A stretch of DNA of 63,985 nucleotides, filler included, from Ionaspis alba (lineage: Eukaryota), in NCBI GenBank assembly GCA_964255285.1. It is 3 parts of 3 records of this genome, joined end to end, with 100 filler letters (N's around TTAATTAATTAA, not from the genome) between each part and the next. Parts side by side here need not be neighbours in the genome. Positions count along the whole stretch, not along the records: positions 44,759 to 63,985 come from CAXUUL010000272.1; 2 more parts are not named here. The stretch is one strand, 5' to 3'. A program made the position numbers and the translations under genes. A model generated the notes under the pieces. It did not search any database. It was given only the letters and a program-made list of their open reading frames with translations, and had not been told where the DNA came from. This document shows, piece after piece, positions 51,317 through 63,391 of this stretch; the first letter of the stretch is position 1, and the number at the start of each line of letters is the position of its first letter.

Positions 51317-53613
51317 ATGTTGAACGCCATTAGGAGAGGTCCTACCTCGATATCTAGATCGTTGTCGGCATTATCGCCGCGCATCCTCTCTACTCCTGCT
51401 TGTCTTCCTCGATCGATCTCTCGCCTTCAATGCACCCAACTTTCAGTATCTGTCTCTAGAAGTCTGCACTCTAGCACGCCATGGAGACGCAATGCCGCCG
51501 CGGCAGCCCAGAAGGAGGAGATGGAAGATGCAGAAATAGACGAGGCAGAGTATGAAGCCGAAGAGCTGGCTCGGGATCATGACCCAGCTTCACACGGTGG
51601 CCAGTCCGCAGGACAAGGCGCTGTCACCAAGTTCCAGGAGCTCGCAGATCGAAAATTGGTGTGCAAGACAGTGGTTGACACGATTACCAAAGATATGAAA
51701 TTGGAGACCATGACCCAAGTTCAGAGCCTGACCATCAACGAGACTTTGAAGGGTATCGACGTGTAAGTACTTATCTTATACTAATACTCTCTCACCGTAC
51801 TAATTCTATGACTAGTCTTGCTCAAGCTCGTACTGGAACCGGCAAGACACTTGCATTTTTGATACCGGTCCTACAGAACATCATCAGCCACGACCCTGAG
51901 CTGGAGACTAAAAATCGAAGTAGAAGGAACAGCCCAGATATCAGAGCCATCATAATCTCGCCCACTCGAGAGTTGGCCGAGCAGATTGCTGTCGAGGCTC
52001 AAAAAGTTGTGAGGCATACTGGCGTTATCGTACAAACTGCCGTCGGCGGATCCGCTAAGCAAGCCGGTCTTCGAAGAATACTTTATGAAGGCTGCCATAT
52101 TTTAGTAGGAACTCCCGGCCGTCTCAAGGACATTCTTTCCGATAGACGCAGCCAGATTGATGCACCAAATCTGAGTGCCTTTGTGCTTGATGAAGCAGAC
52201 CGACTCCTGGATCAAGGCTTCGCACCAGAGATCCAGGAAATCCAGGATCTGCTACCCAAACGGGACCGACAGACACTTCTCTTCTCAGCCACAGTTCCTG
52301 AAGAGGTGATGCAAATCGTCGATCAGACAATGAAGCCCGATTACAAATTTGTGCGCACTGTCCAACCTGGAGAGCAACAAACTCATGAGAAGGTCCCGCA
52401 AAAAATCGTCCAGGTAGCGGGTTTCGAAAATCTCATGCCCGCCCTAGTCGAACTCTGTAAGCGGGAGATAGAACAACAGAGCACCGATATGCCCTTCAAA
52501 GCCATCGTGTACTTCAATGCCACGGCGGAAGTGGCACTTGCGCACGCAATTTTCCGAAATCTTTCCAGCCCGGATGCTAGCCAATTCGACGCCTACCGAG
52601 CCGATCGACACCCGTTCTACCCCACTACCTTCCTCGAAATACATGCCAGACTGTCCCAACATGACCGTACGCGGACCGCTGAGTCTTTCAAAAAAGCCAA
52701 AACGAGCATCTTGTTCTCCTCCGATGTTACGGCTAGGGGTATGGACTTCCCGAATGTCACGCACGTCATTCAGATGGGGTTGCCTCCTACTAGAGATACT
52801 TATATCCATCGTGTCGGTCGGACTGCTCGAGGTGACAAGAAGGGCGAGGGCTATCTTTTCATCACACCAATTGAAACCCGAGAATGCCAATCCCGGCTTT
52901 ACAAACTGCCCCTCGTGCCTGACGATTCCTTTCAGACAGCAAGTGTAGACATGACGAAGGATGCTCAGCTACCCTCAGATGTTGCATCAATACTGAATCA
53001 AGTTGTCAAAGCGACAAAGCCAGTTGGCCTAAAAGAGAAGTCAGCCGCATATCTCGCTTCCCTTGGCGTCTACGGCTGGCTACCAAGGAAGCAAGCTCTC
53101 CTCGACTCCATGAACAACCGCTCCAAGTACGGCTGGGGCCTTGAGAGCCCGCCAGCAATCAAACGTATGCTAGCGACAAAGCTCGGTCTCAGCAAGCTAG
53201 TTGGTATCAACATCAGCACTGGGTTCGAGGATGACGGCGACTATGGAAGAGCCATGTCATCGGGTTACGGCAGGGACCGAGGTATGCATTCGAGAGGAGC
53301 CTTTGGCCGGGACCGAGAATCGAGTGGTGGCTATGATCGTGGTCCTCGTGATTTCTCGCGACCATACTCACGACCGGATAGCAGAGGTCCCCCTGGAGAG
53401 CGCTTTGGTCGGGATGGCGGAAAGTCAAGGTATGGTGGTGATAGGGGTGGCTCGTCTTACGGTGGTAACAGGGGTGGTTCTTCTTACGGTGGTGATAGGG
53501 GTGGTTCTTCTTACGGCGGTGATAGGGGTGGTTCTTCTTATGGTGGTGATAGGGGGCGGAGCTCTGGGGACCGAAAGGGAGGCACATTGTCTAAACTGTA
53601 TGGTGAGAACTGA
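51317..53613 (+). CDS. MSS116: Mitochondrial DEAD-box RNA helicase (Mss116/CYT-19 family); 1 intron at about 51763-51815
   Basis: Presequence, MTQVQ, AQARTGTGKT, SPTRELA, TPGR, DEAD, SAT, ARGMD, HRVGRTAR and a basic Arg/Gly C-tail. Confidence 0.93.
53434..53556 (+). repeat. 27-nt coding tandem repeat (GGDRGGSSY) x about 4.5 in the MSS116 C-tail
   Basis: Unit GGTGGTGATAGGGGTGGTTCTTCTTAC repeated with few substitutions. Confidence 0.92.
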
Positions 53614-54067
53614 ATAGGTGGTTCGTATGGTCTATTGGACGAAGTCTTCGGTCCTAGGTCTGCCGTCTCAGTCGTGAGGCTTCTCGTTTGATCCGTTCTT
53701 CCGTGTTTTTTTTTGAGTTACATTGTACCATAATTAGAGGGGTATACTTCGGGACAGAGCCTGTTATCTATTGTCGTTGAAGACTTGGCAAGTAGGTCTT
53801 TGAGCTACAGAGCTGCAAGGTAGCATAAGAAGGCGTTGGGGTGACATTGCACGAGCTTTCAGGAAACCATTCTACTCCGAACTATCTGAATTGTTGAATT
53901 TATGTAAGAGGGTACAAATGATAATGCGCTGTTACGACTCAGAACTTGGTTAGTTGTACCAGCGTTTTCACTAAGACATCACAGCTTCGAGAATCCTTGA
54001 ACCTACATCATTCTGCAAGTGAATTTCACAAGCGTCAGGCTCCTAAGTTTTGCAGCCCATTAAGACA

Positions 54068-55182
54068 TCAGGCAAAGTCCATCGTTTCCCTCTCACACCA
54101 CTCCCAGAACTTTTTGGCTCCACCATTTCCCCCTTCTTCCACCGCTTTGGCTTCTTCTACGACATCTTTCCTGGGACTTCCAACCCTACCCCAAGGAACG
54201 ATATAGCATCCATTCAGCTTCTGCGTGATCTCGGGCGAGAACCCACAAAAGAGCTCTGTGTAAGCACCGTATATAGGTGGGTAGAATAAAAAAGGCATGA
54301 GGTAAGCACGAAAGCCGGTAGAAGAGAAAAGAGGGGTGTTGAGGTTGCCTGGATTGAAGGACTAAGAAAGTCAGCCGGAACTCGTCATTTTTAGGCTATC
54401 AGGAAACGATGATAGATGCATAAACCTACGACGCTAACGATTTCGTCCGCCCCATGTCGTCGGGCGTACTCGATGCCTAGAAAGTAGTTTCCGCATTTGC
54501 TTTGGCCATAGTTCCTGGTACTGTTTTCATGGATCACAGGACTCCCTGATTCGTCAAACTGGATACCACCGGGTAGAGTATGCAAGTCGATTCCTAGAGA
54601 GCCAGCCCAGGCGACGTGGACTGTGTTTGACTCGGCTTTGGCGGCTGTAGTCTTAAGAAGAGGGGTAAGGAGAGAGGTGAAAAGGAAGGGGCCTAGGCAG
54701 TTTGTTGCAAACTGGGTCTCATGCCCCTAGAAGCTATCAGGCATGGTTGACGTGGACAATGAATCTTCTCTTCATCAGTCTGGCAAAAAGCAACGTACCT
54801 GAGCTGATTTGCTCGTTTCAGATTGGTTCAAGATGCCTGCGTTATTGCAAAGGAAGTCTAGTCGAGTCTCTCTGTTCTTAAAGCTCTCGGCCGACGCTTT
54901 GATAGTGCTCAGGTCCCCTAGATCTAGATGGAGGAACTCTAGACGACCAGCAGACGCAGGAGATAGTGATTTGAGCTTGTCAATAGCCCTCATGCATCGC
55001 TCTTCCGAACGACCGGCAAGATAGACAATGCCATTGTGTTGGTACAGGATTTTCACTAGCTCATAACCCACACCAGAGTTACCTCCCGTAATGAGGAATA
55101 CTCTTCCCGATTGGTCGGGGAGATTGTGCTCAGTCAGGGTGGGCTTCGGTATGAAAAAAGTTTGGGACCAGAAGGCGCCCAT
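54068..55182 (-). CDS. Short-chain dehydrogenase/reductase (retinol-dehydrogenase-like); 2 introns
   Basis: TGGNSGVG Rossmann motif, LDLGDL, NNAG, TNCLGPFLF, YGQSK catalytic YxxxK, FNPGNL. Confidence 0.93.
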
Positions 55183-57606
55183 CGTGACATGGATGAGAGG
55201 CTACAAGAACAAGAGATACAATGCAGAAGTATATTGCTAGGCTGCAACACTCATGGAGAAGTTATTTCAGAGGAAATAGAGCACGAACAAGAAGGAGAAC
55301 AAATGAGTGCCGAGACGACTTCGGGGAGTTTGCTCCTCATATTATACCAAACAGATGCTTGTCATGGCAGTCGATTGAGAAGCTTACTCTGCAGAAGACT
55401 CAGATTCTCAACCAGCCATCAGCAAGGCTAGGGGAATTAAGGTGTAGATAATTGTACATTGCTGTTTTGCTCCGCACGCCACAAGCGAGGACACTAATGC
55501 AGGGTTTCCGGAATTACCGTCGGCCCCGGTCGTTACGTCCACCTTCATATTTCCACTTACTGCAATGCAACAATTTATTCAGGGAACACAATGCTGTAGA
55601 GGAGCAAATCCAACGAAGCCGCAGTTCTTAGCCCCTGACAAATGCTAGAGTCTTGAATCTTATCAGCCAATGTGCAAATCCTCGCCGATATTCACATCCA
55701 TTTGCGCATTGGAGATTCCAGTTAGTTTGGCCGCTGCTCTCAACTAGCAATGTGTCTCTGGTGGAAGCATCCTCCTCGTAGTACACATCCAGGACCACAA
55801 TCCTTATGATCTTACCATTTCCTTCATCTCTTGACCTCTTAGTATGGCGAATACCTCTGATACTTGTCCTCGTTAAAGGGCTTGTAATAGCTGGGAACCT
55901 TTTACCGTTCGACCTAATCCTCGCCGGTACCAAATTTTTCCGGCCCTAAGAACGTAGAATCTGTATTCGCCCAAGGATCTCCTAATGTTGGCTATACTAT
56001 ATAGGCGGCTTGATCCATTGGCTCGTAGTCTCCTCAAAGGAGCAAAGAACGTGGGACAGGCGATCTCAAGTACACTTGAGACTGGCGAGTATGCGCATAT
56101 ATAGCAAAACAGCATGAGAACATGAACTTGCAAGACCCATCATCCATAATCATTTGTGGAGAAACACGTAGTAAGAGTTCCGTGAGGGGCGTGATTTGGT
56201 AAAGCAGCACACATACAAGACTGAACTGAGTCACGATCAAAGTTCCATGTCTCCGTGATATGCCTGCTCAGCCATCATGAGCAGATTGACACTGCAATAG
56301 GAATCTTTTTGAGGGATCATTGCTCTGTAACTCAAGAGTGTCTTTTGGTAAGTCAAGCTACCAACAGCTTCGGGAGAGAGGTCATGACATCATTAGCAGG
56401 TAGCGAGAGGTCCTCACTAGCCTGTCTAATTTGGGTTGATAGTGGTTGTGAGGAAAGTTAAGGCTCTGCTGTTCCACCCCAACATGCGAGAAACGTTTAG
56501 GAGTCTGGTAAATACTGCTTGTGTGACGCAGTTGGACAGGTACAGACATGATGTCGAAAGGCTTCGCGATCATGTGAGAGTGTGAATAAGCACCTAGACA
56601 GGACTCGATGAGCAGCATCATAGTAAGATACAGTCAGCGTCAGCAGACAACCGCTGTGAGTACAGCGATACATGTCAACCAATGAAGGCTTGATTTTGAG
56701 CTGGTCATTTACTCAAGGCACTGCGTGTACTGCACAATGGATTCGTCGTGGTAGTCGCATATCTTGTCCCCTGCCGGCTCTTCGTCTCCGCATAAGTGAC
56801 AGAAACACTCATTACCCACGAATGCAATAGCGTGTTGTGTGAGAGGAGGTAGGCTGGTGGCAGTTCATTGTCGAGCCTGAGCTTCGGGATACTTGGAGGA
56901 TTGCTGGGAAACGGTGGGCTGCGTCCCTATTCCGTTGATTACCCAACCGGTCAGCCCCGCGTGGCTGCTATGCTTCGACGGGCTGCTGGTGATGGTGAGG
57001 TGCATATCAGTAATACCCTTCGTTTCTCCGNNNNNNNNNNNNNNNNNNNNNNNNNNNNNNNNNNNNNNNNNNNNNNNNNNNNNNNNNNNNNNNNNNNNNN
57101 NNNNNNNNNNNNNNNNNNNNNNNNNNNNNNAGACTAAGTGAGTCAGATATATCCACACCATATATCCTCTCTATGGCTTAGTCGAGAAGAGCGGACCCTG
57201 CTTTCCTCATCCTCTCTGTATGATTGGCTCTCATTGTCCCGTCGATGAGACCTTCATGAGAAGCTCGTAATCGGCAAGCACACTCGCTTTTGACGTAACG
57301 CTACACAATCTTGCGGTGTGGCTGTCTACCCAGCACCCCAGATCTGAGATGCAGATATACCACGGACTGAAAAAGCACCAAACTCCGTACCCACCAAGTC
57401 GGTTAGGTCTAAACCCAGATTCAGCAGCATCAGACTAGGCAGGGAGGGACCGGTGGACTCTTCATGTTGCCATGTCGCCATTCCGGTGCATATGGATATA
57501 TATAGAGAGAGCCGCTTCAAAAGTTGTTCTGCCTTCGTGAGCCGCGCTACAAACCTCATCCGAACTTTTATCTGTCTGTCCTACTTCTCTCTGAGCTATG
57601 ATAGTC

Positions 57607-59489
57607 ATGCTACGGAGCCTTTGGTTCATTTCCATTCTGTTTGTTCATGTATCGATCTGTGCCACTCTTCCGAACAATGCCGAATGTGTAAGTCATCTGC
57701 TTTTAAGTTGTGATTGCATAACTGGAGGCCGTCGTATACATGAATATTTGTTCCAAATATGATGGCCTCTCAGAGTGTAATACTTAGAACATGAAACGCA
57801 AGGCTTGAGTGATCAATGGTGTAAATGTTTGGAATGATCATTGTCCCAGGCAATCTACAAGGCGTTAGAAAAGCACCGCATCTTTGTTTTACATTCTCAT
57901 TCTGGATACAGCCTATATACTTGATATTCAGTCTTTCTGATCACTACAGCATTAGTGTGCTGCATTGAAATATGCACTGGGCGATAAAGTCAACTTTCCT
58001 GGCAGTATTGCCTACATGTCCTCCGTCACCTCTTACTTCACGCAACAAGAAGACCAGCTTAAGCCCGACTGCGTGGTGAGCCCACGAAACAGCAAAGATG
58101 TCCAGACAGCCGTCAAGACATTGGCATTCCTCACCACTCAGGGCAAGCAGTCATGTCCATTCGCCATTCGAGGAGGGGGCCATGCTCTTTTTAGCGGGGC
58201 TGCAAATATCAATGGAGGGGTCACCATCGACATGCGTGCTATAAGTACCGTCAGAGTCAATGAGGAGAAGACTGTTACTGCCATTGGAGCCGGAGCAAAA
58301 TGGATTCAAGTGTACTCGCAGCTCGATCTCATGGGCTTATCGGTGTTGGGGGGTCGGGTGGCTGATATTGGAGTGGGAGGACTCATCACTGGAGGTATGT
58401 AACCCGTGGGAAGAATCATGAGCTAAGCACTCAGATTTCACCAGGTGGTATGTCCTTCTTCGCAGCCAGATACGGGTTCGCAGCAGATAACGTCGTCAAC
58501 TTCGAGATTGTTCTTTCCAGCGGCGAGATTGTGAATGCCAACGCAACGTCGAACCCTGGTCTCTTCTTCAGTCTCAAGGGTGGATCAAACAACTTTGGGA
58601 TTGTCACTCGTTTCGATGTCAAAACCTTCCAGCAGGGAGTGTTCTGGGGCGGTGAGATCATCTATCCTGCAAATACTACCAGGGACCACATTCAAGCATT
58701 TGCCAATTTGAACAACGATCCGAATTACGACCCATGTGCTGCACTCATCATGAGTTTTGGCTACAGTGGAGCCGCAGATACGATGGTGGTCAGCAATGCC
58801 ATCCATTATACCAAGCCAACCATCAATCCGCCATCCTTACAAGCATTTACGAGGATCCGGCCACAAGTCGCCAATACCATGCGAATTGGCAATTTAAGTG
58901 GCTTCACTCAGGAACTGGCTGCATTCAATCCTAGTGGCCAGCGGTGAGTTTCTGAACCGTTGGCAATAACAACCTTCTCATTGATGCAGAGCTGACTCGT
59001 TCTAGTGGCTTGTACATCACCACCACTTTCAAGAATACCGTACCATTTCTGAACGAAGTCTTCGATCTGTTCAACGCCACCATACCGCTCATAGACAAGG
59101 TGGCAGGAATCGTCTATGCTCTCGTTAATCAACCTCTTCCTCCGGCCATCACAAGCAAATCCGAGTCAACTGGTGGAAATCCTCTCGGTCTCTCAGGCTC
59201 GAACGGTCCGCTTGTTCTCTGCCAGCTTTCTGTTTCATGGCTCGATGCAGCAGATGATTCCGTTGTTCACAATACAGCGAGTTCTCTTTTCACGAACATC
59301 AACAATCGAGCGAAAGCAGAGGACCTCCACCATCCATGGATCTACCTCAACTATGCCAATAATACCCAAGACGTTATCAACGGGTATGGTGCTACGAACA
59401 AGAAGAAGCTGCAGGATGCGAGTAAGAAGTATGATCGCATCCAGCTATTCCAGAACAGTGTTCCCGGCGGATTCAAGCTCTTTCCGTAA
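57607..59489 (+). CDS. Second secreted FAD-dependent oxidoreductase (BBE-like); 3 introns (first is 57688-57955)
   Basis: Signal peptide MLRSLWFISILFVHVSICA, FAIRGGGH, IGVGGLITGGG, LKGGSNNFGIVTRFD, YLNYA, VPGGFKLFP. Confidence 0.92.
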
Positions 59490-59879
59490 GGAGGGGACGC
59501 GGCAAAGTGCTGGCGCAGACACTTAGCAGCATTCTTGTTTTCGTTGCATGTGTTGCGGCCTAGCATGCAGATGGCGAATGGATGTACCTGTTATAGGTTA
59601 GCTATCACTGGGGAAATGATATCAAGTTGGGAGATACTGGTGGACAGTACCACAGCAATTTGAGATGTCTTAGCTTCTCCAACCATTCCTTTTCGACAGA
59701 TTACTATATACTACACATAGTAAAAGGTATATGACTAGGCATTTTACTGAGGCTAAGGGCCTTGTGTGCTACGTGGCTCACCAAGCTGATGCTCAACGTC
59801 CTGACCCTCATACAGAGCCCTCCGCCTCGAGCCCGCACTTTCTACTTCTTACATTGAATAACACGTCGGTTCACTTCCT

Positions 59880-61187
59880 TCAATTCCACCAAAAGCTGAC
59901 ACTGAAACTAACTGTTAAGCTCCTCACATAATGCCACCACCCTACCGGAATGTACAAACACTCCCCTTCCCCCAATATCGTCTCCACATACTTCGCGTCC
60001 CCAAAGCGTACAAACTCATCCTCGTGTTCTCCCATGTCCATTTCAACCATCTCCACGGGGACTCCACTGGTATTACTCATATCGACCTCCTTCCCTTTCT
60101 CCCCCTCCATGCCTCTAGGATAGAGCTTGTCTCCTTCACTAGGTGCGTAGAGCCGCACGTATTTCTTCCCAACGACTTGGCACAAAATGTTGTGGTAGGG
60201 GTCTGTGTGCAACGGAGAGATAGTGCCCGCAGGTCCGAACCAGGCATTAAGGAGAGGTTCAGAAAGAGGCGGCTGGGGTTGTGATGCTGGCGGAGGGGTG
60301 GTGTAGCAGAAGTCAGGAATGGATACGTCTGCGCGTAAGGATGGGATCTGGGCGAAGAGATCATGCTGGGCCAAATAAGCTATCTGATTCTCCGGTGGAG
60401 AATCCTTTGCTTCCTCAGTGATGGTCCCTCGTGGAGGTCCCTTGCACGGAAAAGGTGAATTGGCCCTGTATGACTGCAACAAATATTTATTCATGAAGTC
60501 TTTGAAGGGAATGATGGTTTGACCCCAGCCATCGTCTGTGTAGCTCCGGCCCAACTCAACGGGAATGAGTCGACGCCCATTGAGCGTCTTCCTGAGGAAG
60601 TAGGAGGGATTATTCCAGGGCCGTTCATTCAGAGCAGGCCAATGAGATATAGCATCTCTGATGACGATGGGCGAGGGGTTCGAGAGTTGATTTTCAAAGC
60701 TAGACAGCGACATTCTTGATCGAGGGATTGGAAATTCTATCTCTGGAGCTCGAAAATCGTTGGGAGGAAAAGATTGGTCGATTTTCCGACGCTTTCGCGG
60801 ATGGTCATCCTCATCGGCAAGGGCCTGTAGCTTGGTCAAGAAGGTTTCGATGACCGACTCCCGACGCGGAGCTCCTGTCATGATCAATGCCATGTCTAAT
60901 ACTTTGACGACTTCGTCCAACCATGGTCCGTCACGTTGAACATCGTCCTTCAGATGCTTCCTGGTTATAAGTATGGCCTTGTTAATGCTCCCGTCAGTGT
61001 ACAGCCTTCTCCAACATACGTCCACGTCTTTGAATGGGAAGACATGGAGTTTCTTGTCAGCAAGCTCGATAGCAATTTCTGGTTGGTCGATGACCAATTT
61101 CATCGCTTCTGATCCACATCTCAAAATAGGGTCACTAATATCTGATGTCATGAGCTCAGCTGAAGCCTCGTCAAGGAAGTTGTCCAT
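59880..61187 (-). CDS. JmjC-domain 2OG/Fe(II) oxygenase (JMJD5/KDM8-like), intronless
   Basis: IPVELGRSY, YLAQHDLF, NAWFGPAGTISPLHTDPY (HxD), YIPVGWWHYV (distal His), SVSFWW. Confidence 0.92.
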   Translation of the reverse strand: MDNFLDEASAELMTSDISDPILRCGSEAMKLVIDQPEIAIELADKKLHVFPFKDVDVCWRRLYTDGSINKAILITRKHLKDDVQRDGPWLDEVVKVLDMALIMTGAPRRESVIETFLTKLQALADEDDHPRKRRKIDQSFPPNDFRAPEIEFPIPRSRMSLSSFENQLSNPSPIVIRDAISHWPALNERPWNNPSYFLRKTLNGRRLIPVELGRSYTDDGWGQTIIPFKDFMNKYLLQSYRANSPFPCKGPPRGTITEEAKDSPPENQIAYLAQHDLFAQIPSLRADVSIPDFCYTTPPPASQPQPPLSEPLLNAWFGPAGTISPLHTDPYHNILCQVVGKKYVRLYAPSEGDKLYPRGMEGEKGKEVDMSNTSGVPVEMVEMDMGEHEDEFVRFGDAKYVETILGEGECLYIPVGWWHYVRSLTVSFSVSFWWN

Positions 61188-61660
61188 CAGCTCGGATCAA
61201 TGCAAAGATATGCGGATGAGAGGTCTTATTCACTATTTGACCAAAGCACACGAACAACATCGGGCATAATATAGGATAGCAAGCAGAATTTTGAAAGCCC
61301 TGAGAGGTGACCCTTGTCCTTAATCTGGCTCAGCCAGGGTTCTAGATAGAGACAAGGTAGAACGATTTGATCGCAATACTGTACAGAGAGACTTTTAGAT
61401 ACCACACCTGTGGCTGCTGTCCAGCTCTTGTTGTATTGACAACGACAAGACTACTTTTCGGGTTGCAAGATCAGAGTCCAGCGAAACCAGGGCATTTGGA
61501 TGTGACACCCGGTGAAGTAGCATCGGCTGCTAAAGGCGGTGTGGCACACATCATTCTGCCATCGGCGTTGTTGATTTTTGCTAACTGTCTAGACCATGCT
61601 GGTACAGATGTAAATACTTAGCCGGGTGTCTTAGTTGTGAGAACATGTCTCCCGGTGGAC

Positions 61661-63164
61661 ATGGAAGCATTTGTCTCGCGCAAAAGAAGGAAACTCTCTC
61701 CTTCCGCTGAGGAGAGACTGCCTCGCACAAAATGCGCTCGTGTTGAGGAAGACCAAGACGAAGACTCCACTGATCTGAGACTTGCAATACTTGCCAGTCT
61801 ATATCCTGATTTCGGTCAGGCTGTTCTTCTTGATGCTCTTATTTCTACCAACGGATCTGTGGAAGCAGCCTCAAGACACCTTGATTTCCTCACCAATCCT
61901 GATCAAAGCCCTACCAAAAGCAATATCGGAAAAAGCGTGGGCTACCAAAGTTCGTTGTCGGCTTATAGAGTACAGCAGGGCCATTTAGCTCAAGAAACAC
62001 CAAGCAAGACTACACGACTCACGCGCAAAGGTCAAACTCTCCACTTGTTTTCTCCGGAAGACATTGCATTGCACACACCATGTTCCATCATTCACAACTT
62101 TCTCCCTTCGAAGGAAGCAGAAGATCTACTAAAAGAATTACTGGTTGAAGCTCCTACATTTGAGAGACAGGTATTCAAGCTGTTTGACAATGTTGTGGAA
62201 AGTCCTCACTCTGCCTGCTTTTACGTAAACAGCCTGGAAGAGCAGAAGAGACAGCAGAGCGAATACCTTTACAATGGTAGCTACCTCACGGTATGAACCA
62301 GTGGCAGACCATGAGTATAAGCGACTGAGGCTCTGTGTAGGATATCCGCCAGATCACTCCACACATGCGCGCTGTCTCTGGTAGAGTCCAGACTGCCGTG
62401 AACGCTGAAATCAAGCTCCGAATAGCCACACACTATCCGAATGGAAAGAAACTCAAATATCAATCACCCGAAGAATGGGTGCCCAATGCAGCCTTCGTCA
62501 ACTGCTATAAGGGAGGCCAAGAAAGCGTCGGCTACCACTCCGATCAGCTTACCTATCTGGGACCACGAGCAGTAATAGGCAGTCTAAGTCTTGGGGTGGC
62601 CAGAGAATTTCGAGTCCGGAGAATCGTAGCTCGAGATGATGGTGATAGCCTTGAGCAAGATGGCAAGCGGAAAGACAGTCAGCGAGCTGATGCCGAAGGT
62701 CAGATTGCTATCCATCTGCCGCACAACTCCCTCTTGGTCATGCATGCAGAAATGCAGGAAGAATGGAAGCATAGCATTCATCCCGCTCAAGCTATCGACC
62801 CACATCCGATTGCGGGCAATCGGAGGATCAATATCACATATAGAAATTATCGGGAGAGCTTCCATCCAAAGTAAGCTATCTCCTCGAACTACTGCTATGA
62901 ACATACTAATGGTATATGTGATAGGTTCACGCCACGCTGTAAATGTGATGTTGCTACAGTTCTACGGTGTGTGCAGAAGAAAAGGGAGAATCGAGGACGG
63001 TATATGTGGATGTGCCATGCTGGTAACACACCAGGCAAGGAAGGGTGAGTCTGAATACGATGGGAGGTGGGGACCGAGCACTGATATGTTCCAGATGTTC
63101 CTTCTTCCAATGGGCCGAGTTCGACGACGACGGCAAACCTCCGTGGATTGTGAAAGGAGCGTAA
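61661..63164 (+). CDS. AlkB-family 2OG/Fe(II) dioxygenase with N-terminal CUE-like domain and C-terminal GRF zinc finger; 3 introns
   Basis: TDLRLAILASLYP...LLDALISTNGSVEAA (CUE-like), GYHSD...WKHSI...RINITYR (AlkB), PRCKC...NRGRYMWMC...CSFFQW (zf-GRF). Confidence 0.9.
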
Positions 63165-63296
63165 GATTAGTTGTAGCAGAAGCTTCAAATTCAAACACAG
63201 CGTATAACTGAAGATGTTTCTGCCCATATGAGAGAAGTTGTAACGGCGCGACGCAAGCTGCTCAAAACAATATTCTTAATCTAATCTAATCTCGAA

Positions 63297-63302
63297 CCTC
63301 GG
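63297..63302 (+). promoter_or_regulatory. Candidate FarA/FarB core CCTCGG upstream of PEX7
   Basis: CCTCGG about 90 nt upstream of the PEX7 ATG, within a 227-nt intergenic region. Confidence 0.5.
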
Positions 63303-63391
63303 CGTTGTCAATCTAATCAGATTGTGGGGGCTCTCCCATCCCCGGTCTCCACACCACAACTTTCTTGCACAACAATAATGTACAGTCAAGC

